Of a stretch of DNA of 64,000 nt, positions 50,401 through 64,000 are shown piece after piece. A program made the translations under genes and the position numbers. The DNA lies in assembly GCA_051530055.1 (NCBI GenBank), contig CM121342.1:468797-532796 (forward strand). The letters run 5' to 3'. Under the pieces are notes generated by a model. The model was given only the letters and a program-made list of their open reading frames with translations, was not told the DNA's origin and did not search any database. The stretch comes from Neoechinorhynchus agilis. Lineage: Eukaryota; Animalia; Acanthocephala. Every line of letters begins with the position of its first letter. The first letter of the stretch is position 1.

Positions 50401-53400
50401 GCATGATCGTATACGTGAACCTGTTGGTATTAATTCATCTTTTTATATTCATTATCCTCTTGGTATTCATGTAACTCTTGTTATTGCTTCACATAATTGT
50501 ATTCGTTCGTGTGTTAGTATTCGTGTACCTCGTGGTGTTCACTCGCATGATCGAATACGTAAACCTGTTGGTATTAATTCATCTTTTTAAATTCATTGTC
50601 CTTTTGGTATTAATGTAACTCTTGTTATTGCTTCACATAATGGTATTCGTTCGTTTGTTAGTATTCGTGTACCTCATGGTGTTAACTCGCACGATCGTAT
50701 ACGCGAACCTGTTGGTATTAATTCATCTTTTCATATTCATTGTCCTTTTGGTATTCATGTAACTCTTGTTATTGCTTGACATAATGGTATTCGTTCGTGT
50801 GTTAGTATTCGTTTACCTCATGGTGTTCATTCGCATGATCGTGTACGTAAACCTGTTGGTATTAATCGATCTATTTATATTCTTTGTCCTTTTGGTATTC
50901 ATGTAACTCTTGTTATTGCTTCACATAATGGTATTCGTTCGTGTTTTAGTATTCGTGTACCTCATGGTGTTAACTCGCACGATGGTATACGTGAACCTGT
51001 TGGTATTAACTCATCTTTTTATATTCATTGTCCTTTTGGTATTATTGCAACTCTTATTATTGCTTCACATAATGGTATTCGTTCGTGTGTTAGTATTCGT
51101 GTACCTCATGGTGATTATCCGCATGATCGTATACGTAAACCTGTTGGTATTAATCCATCTTTTTATATTCATTGTCCTTTTGGTATTCATGTAACTATTG
51201 TTATTGCGTCAAATAAGGGTATTCGTTCGTGTGTTAGTATTCGTGTACCTCATGGTGTTCACTCGAATGATCGTATACGTGAACCTGTTGGTATTAATTC
51301 ATCTTTTTATATTCATTGTCCTTTTGGTATTCATGTAACTCTTGTTATTGCTTCATATAATGGTATTTGTTCATGTGTTTGTATTCGTGTACCTAATGGT
51401 GTTCATTTGCATGATCGTATACGTGAGCCTGTTGGTATTAATTCATCTTTTTATATTCATTGTCCTTTTGGTATTGATGTAACTCTTGTTATTGCTTCAC
51501 ATAATGGTATTCGTTCGTGTGTTTGTATTCGTGTACGTCATGATGTTAACTCGTATGATAGTATACGTGAACCTGTTGGTATTAATTCATCTTTTTATAT
51601 TCATTGTCCTTTTGGTATTCATGTAACTCTTTTAATTGCTTCACATAGTGGTATTCGTTCGTGTGTTAGTATTCGTGTACCTAATGGTGTTCATTCGAAT
51701 GATCGTATACGTAAACCTGTTGGTATTAATCCATCTTTATATATTCATTGTTTTTCTGGTATTCATGTAACTCTTGTTATTGCTTCACACAATGGTATTC
51801 GTTCGTGTGTTAGTATTCGTGTACCCCATGGTGTTCATTCGCACGATCGTATACGTGAACCTGTTGGTATTAATTCAAATTTTATAATCATTGTCCTTTT
51901 GGTATTCATGTAACTCTTGTTATTGCTTCACATAATGGTATTCGTTCGTGTGTAAGTATTCGTGTACCTCATGGTGTTCATTCGCATGATCGTATACGTG
52001 AACCTGTTGGTATTAATCCATCTTTTTATATTCATTGTCCTTTTGGTATTCATGTAACTCTTGTTGTTGCTTCACATAATGGTATTCGTTCGTGTGTTAG
52101 TATTCGTGTACCTCATGGTGTTCAATCGCATGATCGTATACGTAAACCTGTTGGTATTAATTCATCTTTTTATAATCATTGTCTTTTGGCATTCATGTAA
52201 CTCTTGTTATTGCTTCACATAATGGTATTCGTTCGTTTGTTAGTATTCGTGTACCTCATGGTGTTCATTCGCATGATCGTATACGTAAACCTGTTGGTAT
52301 TAATTCATCTTTTTATATTCATTGTCCTTTTGGTATTCATGTAACTCTTGTTATTGCTTCACACAATGGTATTCGTTCGTATGTTAGTATTCGTGTACCT
52401 CATGGTGTTAACTCGTATGATAGTATACGTGAACCTGTTGGTATTAATTCATCTTTTTATATTCATTGTCCTTTTGGTATTCATGTAACTCTTGTAATTG
52501 CTTCACATAATGGTATTCGTTCGTGTGTTAGTATTCGTGTACCTAATGGTGTTCACTCGAATGATCGTATACGTGAACCTGTTGGTATTAATTCATCTTT
52601 TTATTTTAATTGTCCTTTTGGTATTCGTGTAACTCTTGTTATTGCTTCACATAATGGTATTCGCTCGTGTGTTAGTATTCGTGTACCTCATGGTGTTAAC
52701 TCGCACGATCGTATACGTGAACCTGTTGGTATTAATTCATCTTCTTATATTCATTGTACTTTTGGTATTATTGCAACTCTTATTATTGCTTCACATAATG
52801 GTATTCGTTCGCTTGTTAGTATTCGTGTACCTCATGGTGATAATTCGCATGATCGTATACGTGAACCTGTTGGTATTAATTCATCTTTTTATTTTAATTG
52901 TCCTTTTGGTATTCGTGTAACTCTTGTTATTGCTTCACATAATGGTATTCGCTCGTGTGTTAGTATTCGTGTACCTCATGGTGTTAACTCGCACGATCGT
53001 ATACGTGAACCTGTTGGTATTAATTCATCTTTTTATATTCATTGTCCATTTGCTATTCATGTAACTCTTGTTATTGCTTCACATAATGGTATTCGTTCTT
53101 GTGTTAGTATTCGTGTACCTCATGGTGTTCACTCGAATATTCGTATACGTAAACCTGCCGGTATTAATCCATCTTTTTATATTCATTGTCCTTTTGGTAT
53201 TCATGTAACTCTTGTTATTGCTTCACATAATGGTATTCGTTCGTATGTTAGTATTCGTGTACCTCATGGTGTTAACTCGTATGATAGTATACGTGAACCT
53301 GTTGGTATTAATTCATCTTTTTATATTCATTGTCCTTTTGGTATTCATGTAACTCTTGTAATTGCTTCACATAATGGTATTCGTTCGTGTGTTAGTATTC

Positions 53401-56400
53401 GTGTACCTAATGGTGTTCACTCGAATGATCGTATACGTGAACCTGTTGGTATTAATTCATCTTTTTATTTTAATTGTCCTTTTGGTATTCATGTAACTCT
53501 TGTTATTGCTTCACATAATGGTATTCGCTCGTGTGTTAGTATTCGTGTACCTCATGGTGTTAACTCGCACGATCGTATACGTGAACCTGTTGGTATTAAT
53601 TAATCTTTTTATATTCATTGTCCTTTTGGTATTATTGCAACTCTTATTATTGCTTCACATAATGGTATTCGTTCGTCTGTTAGTATTCGTGTACCTCATG
53701 GTGATCATTCGCATGATCGTATACGTAAACCTGTTGGTATTAATTCATCTTTTTTTATTCATTGTCCTTTTGGTATTAATGTAACTCTTGTTATTGCTTC
53801 ACATAATGGTATTCGTTCGTGTTAGTATTCATGTACCTTGTAGTGTTCATTCGAATGATCGTATACATGAACCTGTTGGTATTAATTCATCTTTTTATGT
53901 TCACTGTCCTTTTGGTATTCATGTAACTCTTGTTATTGCTTCACATAATAGTATTCGTTCGTGTGTTAGTATTCGTGTACCTCATGGTGTTCACTCGCAT
54001 GATCGTATACGTAAACCTGTTGGTATTAATTCATCTTTTTATATTCATTGTCCTCTTGGTATTCATGTAACTCTTGTTATTGCTTCACATAATGGTATTC
54101 GATCGTGTGTTAGTATTCGTGTACCTCATGGTGTTATTTAGCATGATCGCATACGTGAACCTGTTGGTATAAATTCATCTTTTTATATTCATTGTCCTTT
54201 TGGTATTATTGCAACTCTTATTATTGCTACACATAATGGTATTCGTTCGTGTGTTAGTATTCGTGTACGTGATGGTTTTCACTCGAATGATCCTATACGT
54301 AAACCTGCTCGCATTAATCCATCTTTTTATATTCATTGTCCTTTTGGTATTCATGTAACTCTTGTTATTGCTTCACATAATGGTATTCGTTCGTGTGTTA
54401 GTATTCGTGTACCTCATGGTGTTAACTCGCATGATCGTATACGTGAATCTGTTGGTATTAATTCATCTTTTTATATTCATTGTCCTTTTGGTATTCATGT
54501 GACTCTTGTTATTGCTTCGCATAATGGTGGTCGTTCGTGTGTTAGTATTCGTGTACCTCATGGTGTTCATTAGCATGATCGTATACGTGAACCTGTTGGT
54601 ATTAATTCTTCTTTTTATATTCATTGTCCTTTTGGTATTCCTGTAACTCTTGTTATTGCTTCACATAATGGTATTCGTTCGTGTGTTAGTATTCGTGTAC
54701 CTCATGGTGTTCATTCGCATGATCGTATACGTAAACCTGTTGGTATTAATCGATCCTTTTATATTCTTTGTCCTTTTGGTATTCATGTAACTCTTGTTAT
54801 TGCTTCACATAATGGTATTCGTTCGTGTGTTAGTATTGGTGTACATCATGGTGTTAACTCGCACGATCGTATACGTGAACCTGTTGGTATTAATTAATCT
54901 TTTTATATTCATTGTCCTTTTGGTATTAATGTAACTCTTGTTATTTCTTCACACAATGGTATTCGTTCGTGTGTTAGTATTCGTGTACCTTATGGTGTTC
55001 ATTCGCATGATCGTATACGTAAACCTGTTTGTATTAATCCATCTTTTTATATTCATTGTCCTTTTGGTATTATTGCAACTCTTATTATTGCTTCACATAA
55101 TGGTATTCGTTCGTGTGTTAGTATTCGTGTACCTCATGATGATTATTCGCATGATCGTATACGTAAACCTGTTGGTATTAATCCATCTTTTTATATTCAT
55201 TGTCCTTTTGGTATTCATGTAACTCTTTTTATTGCGTCAAATAATGGTATTCGTTCGTGTGTTAGTATTCGTGTACCTCATGGTGTTCACTCGAATGATC
55301 GTATACGTGAACCTGTTGGTATTAATTCATCTTTTTATATTCATTGTCCTTTTGGTATTCATGTAACTCTTGTTATTGCTTCATATAATGGTATTCGTTC
55401 ATGTGTTGGTATTCGTGTACCTAATGGTGTTCATTTGCATAATCGTATACGTGAGCCTGTTGGTAGTAATTCATCTTTTTATATTCATTGTCTTTTTGGT
55501 ATTGATGTAACTCTTGTTATTGCTTCACATAATGGTATTCGTTCGTGTGTTAGTATTCGTGTACGTCATGATGTTACCTCGCATGATCCTATACGTAAAC
55601 CTGCTCGCATTAATCCATCTTTTTATATTCATTGTCCTTTTGGTATTCATGTAACTCTTGTTATTGCTTCACATAATGGTATTCGTTCGTGTGTTAGTAT
55701 TCGTGTACCTCATGGTGTTAACTCGCATGATCGTATACGTGAACCTGTTGATATTAATTCATCTTTTTAAATTCATAGTCCATTTGCTATTCATGTAACT
55801 CTTGTTATTGCTTCACATAATGGTATTCGTTCTTGTGTTAGTATTCGTGTACCTCATGGTGTTCACTCGAATGATCGTATACGTAAACCTGCCGGTATTA
55901 ATCCATCTTTTTATATTCATTGTCCTTTTGGTACTCATGTAACTCTTGTTATTGCTTCACATAATGGTATTCGTTCGTATGTTAGTATTCGTGTACCTCA
56001 TGGTGTTAACTCGTATGATAGTATACGTGAACCTGTTTGTATTAATTCATCTTTTTTTATTCATTGTCCTTTTGGTATTAATGTAACTCTTGTTATTGCT
56101 TCACATAATGGTATTCGTTCGTGTTAGTATACATGTACCTTGTAGTGTTCATTCGAATGATCGTATACATGAACCTGTTGGTATTAATTCATCTTTTTAT
56201 GTTCACTGTCCTTTTGGTATTCATGTAACTCTTGTTATTGCTTCACATAATGGTATTCGTTCGTGTGTTAGTATTCGTGTACCTCATGGTGTTAACTCGC
56301 ATGATCGTATACGTGAACCTGTTGGTATTAATTCATCTTTTTATATTCATTGTCCTTTTGGTATTCATGTGACTCTTGTTATTGCTTCGCATAATGGTGG

Positions 56401-59400
56401 TTGTTCGTGTGTTAGTATTCGTGTACCTAATGGTGTTCATTTGCATGATCGTATACGTGAGCCTGTTGGTATTAATTCATCTTTTTATATTCATTGTCCT
56501 TTTGGTATTGATGTATCTCTGAGTTATTGCTTCACATAATGGTATTCGTTCGTGTGTTAGTATTCGTGTACCTCATGGTGATCATTCGCATGATCGTATA
56601 CGTGAACCTGTTGGTATTAATCCATCTTTATATATTCATTGTCCTTTTCGTATTCATGTAACTCTTGTTATTGCTTCACACAATGGTATTCGTTCGTGTG
56701 TTAGTATTCGTGTACCCCATGGTGTTCATTCGCATGATCGTATACGTGAACCTTTTGGTATTAATTCAAATTTTATAATCGTTGTCCTTTTGGTATTCAT
56801 GTAACTCTTATTATTGCTTCACATAATGGTATTCGTTCGTGTGTTAGTATTCGTGTACCTCATGGTGTTCATCCGCATGATCGTATAGGTGAACCTGTTG
56901 GTATTAATTAATCTTTTTATATTCAATGTCCTTTTGGTATTCATGTAACTCTTCTTATTGCTTCACACAATGGTATTCGTTTGTGTGTTAGTATTCGTGT
57001 ACCCCATGGTGTTCATTCGCATGATCGTATACGTGAACCTGTTGGTATTAATTCATCTTTTTATAATCATTGCCCTTTTGGTATTCATGTTACTCTTGTT
57101 ATTGCTTCACATAATGGTATTCGTTCGTGTGTTAGTATTCGTGTACCTCATGGTGTTCATTCGAATGATCGTATACGTAAACCTGCCGGTATTAATCCAT
57201 CTTTTTATATTCATTGTCCTTTTGGTATTCATGTAACTCTTGTTATTGCTTCACATAATGGTATTCGTTCGTATGTTAGTATTCGTGTACCTCATGGTGT
57301 TAACTCGTATGATAGTATACGTGAACCTGTTGGTATTAATTCATCTTTTTATATTCATTGACCTTTTGGTATTCATGTAACTCTTGTAATTGCTTCACAT
57401 AATGGTATTCGTTCGTGTGTTAGTATTCGTGTACCTAATGGTGTTCACTCGAATGATCGTATACGTGAACCTGTTGGTATTAATTCATCTCTTTATTTTA
57501 ATTGTCCTTTTGGTATTCATGTAACTCTTGTTATTGCTTCACATAATGGTATTCGCTCGTGTGTTAGTATTCGTGTACCTCATGGTGTTAACTCGCACGA
57601 TCGTATACGTGAACCTGTTGGTATTAATTAATCTTTTTATATTCATTGTCCTTTTGGTATTCATGTAACTCTTGTTATTGCTTCACATAATGGTATTCGT
57701 TCGTGTGTTAGTATTGGTGTACATCATGGTGTTAACTCGCACGATCGTATACGTGAACCTGTTGGTATTAATTAATCTTTTTATATTCATTGTCCTTTTG
57801 GTATTAATGTAACTCTTGTTATTGCTTCACACAATGGTATTCGTTCGTGTGTTAGTATTCGTGTACCTTATGGTGTTCATTCGCATGATCGTATATGTAA
57901 ACCTGTTTGTATTAATCCATCTTTTTATATTCATTGTCCTTTTGGTATTCATGTAACTCTTGTTATTGCTTCACATTATGGTATTCATTCGTGTGTTGGT
58001 ATTCGTGTACTTCATGGTGTTCATTTGCATGATCGTATACGTGAACCTGTTGGTATTAATTCATCTTTTTATATTCATTGTCCTTTTGGTATTCATGTAA
58101 CTCTTGTTATTACTTCACATAATGGTATTCGTTCGTGTGTTAGTATTCGTGTACCTCATGGTGTTCATTCGCATGATCGTATACGTAAACCTGTTGGTAT
58201 TAATCGATAGTTTTATATTCTTTGTCCTTTTGGTATTCATGTCACTCTTGTTATTGCTTCACATAATGGTATTCGTTCGTGTGTTAGTATTGGTGTACAT
58301 CATGGTGTTAACTCGCACGATCGTATACGTGAACCTGTTGGTATTAATTAATCTTTTTATATTCATTGTCCTTTTGGTATTAATGTAACTCTTGTTATTG
58401 CTTCACACAATGGTATTCGTTCGTGTGTTAGTATTCCTGTACCTTATGGTGTTCACTCGCATGATCGTATACGTAAACCTGCTGGTATTAATCCATCTTT
58501 TTATATTCACTGTCCTTTTGGTATTCATGTAACTCTTGTTATTGCTTCACATAATGGTATTCGTTCGTGTGTTAGTATTCGTGTACCTCATGATGTTAAC
58601 TCGCATGATCGTATACGTGAACCTGTTGGTATTTATTCATCTTTTTATATTAATTGTCCTTTTGGTATTCATGTAACTCTTATACGTGAACCTGTTGGTA
58701 TAAATTCATCTTTTTATATCCATTGTCCCTTTGGTATTCATGTAACTCTTATTATTGCTACACATAATGGTATTCGTTAGGGTGTTAGTATTCGTGTACC
58801 TGATGGTGTTCATTCGCATGATCGTATACGTGAACCTGTTGGTATTAATTCATCTTTTTATGTTCACTGTCCTTTTGGTATTCATGTAACTCTTGTTATT
58901 GCTTAACATGACGGTATTCGTTCGTGTGTTAGTATTCGTGTACCTCATGGTGTTCATTAGCATGATCGTATACGTGAACCTGTTGGTACTAATTCATCTT
59001 TTTATATTCATTGTCCTTTTGGTATTCATGTAACTCTTGTCATTGCTTCACATAATGGTATTCGATCGTGTATTAGTATTCGTGTACTTCATGGTGTTCA
59101 TTAGCATGATCGTATACGTGAACCTGTTGGTATAAATTCATCTTTTTATATTCATTGTCCTTTTGGTATTCATGCAACTCTTATTATTGCTACACATAAT
59201 GGTATTCGTTCGTGTGTTAGTATTCGTGTACCTCATGGTGTTCACTCGAACGATCGTATACGTAAACCAGCTCGTATTAATCCATCTTTTTATATTCATT
59301 GTCCTTTTGGTATTCATGTAACTCTTGTTATTGCTTCACATAATGGTATTCGTTCGTGTGTTAGTATTCGTGTACCTCATGATGTTAACTCGCATGATCG

Positions 59401-62400
59401 TATACGTGAACCTGTTGGTATTTATTCATCTTTTTATATTAATTGTCCTTATTGTATTCATGTAACTCTTGTTATTGCTTCACATAATGGTATTCGTTCG
59501 TGTGTTAGTATTCGTGTACCTCATGATGTTAACTCGCATGATCGTATACGTGAACCTGTTGGTATTTATTCATCTTTTTATATTAATTGTCCTTTTGGTA
59601 TTCATGTAACTCTTATACGTGAACCTGTTGGTATAAATTCATCTTTTTATATTCATTGTCCCTTTGGTATTCATGTAACTCTTATTATTGCTACACATAA
59701 TGGTATTCGTTAGGGTGTTAGTATTCGTGTACCTGATGGTGTTCATTCGCATGATCGTATACGTGAACCTGTTGGTATTAATTCATCTTTTTATGTTCAC
59801 TGTCCTTTTGGTATTCATGTAACTCTTGTTATTGCTTAACATGACGGTATTCGTTCGTGTGTTAGTATTCGTGTACCTCATGGTGTTCATTAGCATGATC
59901 GTATACGTGAACCTGTTGGTACTAATTCATCTTTTTATATTCATTGTCCTTTTGGTATTCATGTAACTCTTGTCATTGCTTCACATAATGGTATTCGATC
60001 GTGTATTAGTATTCGTGTACTTCATGGTGTTCATTAGCATGATCGTATACGTGAACCTGTTGGTATAAATTCATCTTTTTATATTCATTGTCCTTTTGGT
60101 ATTCATGCAACTCTTATTATTGCTACACATAATGGTATTCGTTCGTGTGTTAGTATTCGTGTACCTCATGGTGTTCACTCGAACGATCGTATACGTAAAC
60201 CAGCTGGTATTAATCCATCTTTTTATATTCATTGTCCTTTTGGTATTCATGTAACTCTTGTTATTGCTTCACATAATGGTATTCGTTCGTGTGTTAGTAT
60301 TCGTGCACCTCATGATGTTAACTCGCATGATCGTATACGTGAACCTGTTGGTATTTATTCATCTTTTTATATTAATTGTCCTTATTGTATTCATGTAACT
60401 CTTGTTATTGCATCACATAATGGTATTCGTTCGTGTGTTAGTATTCGTGTACCTAATGGTGTTCATTTGCATGATCGTATACGTGAGCCTGTTGGTATTA
60501 ATTCATCTTTTTATATTCATTGTCCTTTTGGTATTGATGTAACTCTTGTTATTGCTTCACATAATGGTATTCGTTCGTGTGTTAGTATTCGTGTACCTCA
60601 TGGTGATCATTCGCATGATCGTATACGTAAACCTATTGGTATTAATCCATCTTTATATATTCATTGTCCTTTTGGTATTCATGTAACTCTTGTTATTGCT
60701 TCACACAATGGTGTTCGTTCGTGTGTTAGTATTCGTGTACCCCATGGTGTTCATTCGCATGATCGTATACGTGAACCTGTTGGTATTAATTCAAATTTTA
60801 TAATCATTGTCCTTTTGGTATTCATGTAACTCTTGTTATTGCTTCACATAATGGTATTCGTTCGTGTGTTAGTATTCGTGTACCTAATGGTGTTGATCCG
60901 CATGATCGTATAAGTGAACCTGTTGGTATTAATTCATCCTTTTATATTCAATGTCCTTTTGGTATTCATGTAACTCTTCTTATTGCTTCACACAATGGTA
61001 TTCGTTCGTGTGTTAGTATTCGTGTACCCCATGGTGTTCATTCGCATGATCGTATACGTGAACCTGTTGGTATTAAATCATCTTTTTATAATCATTGTCC
61101 TTTTGGTATTCATGTTACTCTTGTTATTGCTTAACATAATGGTATTCGTTCGTGTGTTAGTATTCGTGTACCTCATGGTGTTCACTCGAATGATCGTATA
61201 CGTGAACCCGTTGGTATAATTTCTTCTTTTAATGTTAATTGTCCTTTTGGTATTCATGTAACTCTTGTTATTGCTTCACATAATGGTATTCGTTCGTGTG
61301 TTAGTATTCGTGTACCTCATGGTGTTCATTCGCATCATCGTATACGTAAACCTGTTGGTATTAATCCATCTTTTTATCTTAATTGTCCTTATGGTATTCA
61401 TGTAACTCTTGTTATTGCTTCACACAATGGCATTCGTTCGTGTGTTAGTATTCGTGTACCTCATGGTGTTCACTCGAATGATCGTATAAGTGAACCTGTT
61501 GGTATTAATTCATCTTTTTATATTAATTGTCCTTTGGTATTCATGTAACTCTTGTTATTGCTTCAGATAATGGTATTCGTCCGTGTGATAGTATTCGTGT
61601 ACCTCATGGTGTTCATTCGCATGATCGTATACGTAAACCTGTTGGTATTAATCCATCTTTTTATATTCATCGTCCTTTTGGTATTCATGTAACTCTTGTT
61701 ATTGCTTCACATATGGGTATTGGTCGTGTGTTAGTATTCGTGTACCTCATGGTGTTCACTCGCATGATCGTATACGTGAACCTGTTGGTATAAATTCATC
61801 TTTTTATATTCATTGTCCTTTTGGTATTAATGCAACTCTTATTATTGCTACACATAATGGTATTCGTTAGGGTGTTAGTATTCGTGTACCTCATGGTGTT
61901 CACTCGCATGATCGTATACGTGAACCTGTTGGTATAAATTCATCTTTTTATATCCATTGTCCTTTTGGTATTCATGTAACTCTTATTATTGCTACACATA
62001 ATGGTATTCGTTAGGGTGTTAGTATTCGTGTACCTGATGGTGTTCATTCGCATGATCGTATACGTGAACCTGTTGGTATTAATTCATCTTTTTATGTTCA
62101 CTGTCCTTTTGGTATTCATGTAACTCTTGTTATTGCTTAACATAACGGTATTCGTTCGTGTGTTAGTATTCGTGTACCTCATGGTGTTCATTAGCATGAT
62201 CGTATACGTGAACCTGTTGGTACTAATTCATCTTTTTATATTCATTGTCCTTTTGGTATTCATGTAACTCTTGTCATTGCTTCACATAATGGTATTCGAT
62301 CGTGTATTAGTATTCGTGTACTTCATGGTGTTCATTAGCATGATCGTTTACGTGAACCTGTTGGTATAAATTCATCTTTTTATATCCATTGTCCTTTTGG

Positions 62401-64000
62401 TATTCATGTAACTCTTATTATTGCTACACATAATGGTATTCGTTAGGGTGTTAGTATTCGTGTACCTGATGGTGTTCACTCGAACGATCGTATACGTAAA
62501 CCAGCTGGTATTAATCCCTCTTTTTATATTCATTGTCCTTTTGGTATTCATGTAACTCTTGTTATTGCTTCACATAATGGTATTCGTTCGTGTTTTAGTA
62601 TTCGTGTACCTCATGATGTTAACTCGCATGATCGTATACGTGAACCTGTTGGTATTAACTCATCTTTTTATATTCATTGTCCTTTTGGTATTATTGCAAC
62701 TCTTATTATTGCTTCACATAATGGTATTCGTTCGTGTGTTAGTATTCGTGTACCTCATGGTGATTATTCGCATGATCGTATACGTAAACCTGTTGGTATT
62801 AATCCATCTTTTTATATTCATTGTCCTTTTGGTATTCATGTAACTCTTGTTATTGCGTCAAATAATGGTATTCGTTCGTGTGTTAGTATTCGTGTACCTC
62901 ATGGTGTTCACTCGAATGATCGTATACGTGAACCTGTTGGTATTAATTCATCTTTTTATATTCATTGTCCTTTTGGTATTCATGTAACTCTTGTTATTGC
63001 TTCACATAATGGTATTCGTTCGTTTGTTAGTATTCGTGTAACTCATGGTGTTCACTCGAATGATCGTATACGTAAACCTGCCGGTATTAATCCATCTTTT
63101 TATATTCATTGTCCTTTTGGTATTCATGTAACTCTTGTTATTGCTTCACATAATGGTATTCGTTCGTGTGTTAGTATTCGTGTACCTCATGATGTTAACT
63201 CGCATGATCGTATACGTGAACCTGTTGGTATTTATTCATCTTTTTATATTAATTGTCCTTTTGGTATTCATGTAACTCTTATACGTGAACCTGTTGGTAT
63301 AAATTCATCTTTTTATATCCATTGTCCCTTTGGTATTCATGTAACTCTTATTATTGCTACACATAATGGTATTCGTTAGGGTGTTAGTATTCGTGTACCT
63401 GATGGTGTTCATTCGCATGATCGTATACGTGAACCTGTTGGTATTAATTCATCTTTTTATATTCATTGTCCTTTTGGTATTCATGTAACTCTTGTTATTG
63501 CTTCACATAATGGTATTCGTTCGTGTGTTAGTATTCGTGTACCTCATGGTGTTCATTAGCATGATCGTATACGTGAACCTGTTGGTATTAATTCATCTTT
63601 TTATATTCATTGTCCTTTTGGTATTCATGTAACTCTTGTTATTGCTTCACATAATGGTATTCGTTCGTGTGTTAGTATTCGTGTACCTCATGGTGTTCAC
63701 TCGCATGATCGTATACGTAAACCTGTTGGTATTAATTCATCTTTTTATATTCATTGTCCTTTTGGTATTCATGTAACTCTTGTTATTGCTTCACATAATG
63801 GTATTCGTTCGTGTGTTAGTATTCGTGTACCTCATGGTGTTCATTAGCATGATCGTATACGTGAACCTGTTGGTATAAATTCATCTTTTTATATTCATTG
63901 TCCTTTTGGTATTCATGCAACTCTTATTATTGCTACACATAATGGTATTCGTTCGTGTGTTAGTATTCGTGTACCTCATGGTGTTCACTCGAATGATCGT
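18843..64000. repeat. 144-bp tandem satellite array (about 310 monomers, head-to-tail, runs off the window end)
   Basis: Consensus ggtattaattcatctttttatattcattgtccttttggtattcatgtaactcttgttattgcttcacataatggtattcgttcgtgtgttagtattcgtgtacctcatggtgttcattcgcatgatcgtatacgtgaacctgtt. About 35% GC and 46% T on the + strand. No inversion or TE insertion was seen. Confidence 0.99.

Noticed and set aside
22059-62843. Many hydrophobic 'membrane protein' ORFs (MLLLHIMVFVRVLVFVYLMV...) and separate 90-220-aa repeat ORFs
   Set aside because: They are alternative-frame readings of the T-rich satellite, delimited by recurrent stop or indel variants and often starting at non-ATG codons.
18843-64000. CRISPR array
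   Set aside because: The monomers are contiguous and similar along their whole length with no unique spacers. There are no cas genes, and the context is eukaryotic.
18843-64000. Alternative genetic code (TAA=Gln/Glu or TGA=Trp) making the minus strand one giant ORF
   Set aside because: The neighbouring Gln-rich gene uses no TAA, TAG or TGA internally, and recurrent -1/-2 indels break every frame anyway.

Overview
Eukaryotic, AT-rich DNA using the standard genetic code, with very short (44-49 nt) GT-AG introns. The taxon cannot be determined from the sequence. (1) 1-15.1 kb is a cluster of decayed retroelements. It holds three diverged copies of one APE-RT non-LTR family with shared structured 3' ends, a Ty3/Gypsy (Mag-like) element lacking its 5' LTR and integrase, a CCHC ORF1 remnant, and an RTE-clade LINE. 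On the minus strand at 8999-9068 is a complete hammerhead ribozyme core (CUGAUGA, GAAA, AUC cleavage triplet, three helices). Its strands are in a non-circularly permuted order, and a second, degraded copy lies at 14976-15068. (2) 15588-18656 is a 4-exon gene of about 976 aa with an N-terminal KIX-like domain and a Q/S/N-rich middle (MED15/Gal11-like). The ORF track splits it. (3) 18843-64000 is one uninterrupted, single-orientation array of roughly 310 copies of a 144-bp satellite. The monomer is built from 18- and 36-bp subunits, has strong triplet periodicity and one stop-free frame, and forms mosaic higher-order repeats. The most notable candidate is the permuted hammerhead and its small mobile module. 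The protein-like satellite next to the gene is second.
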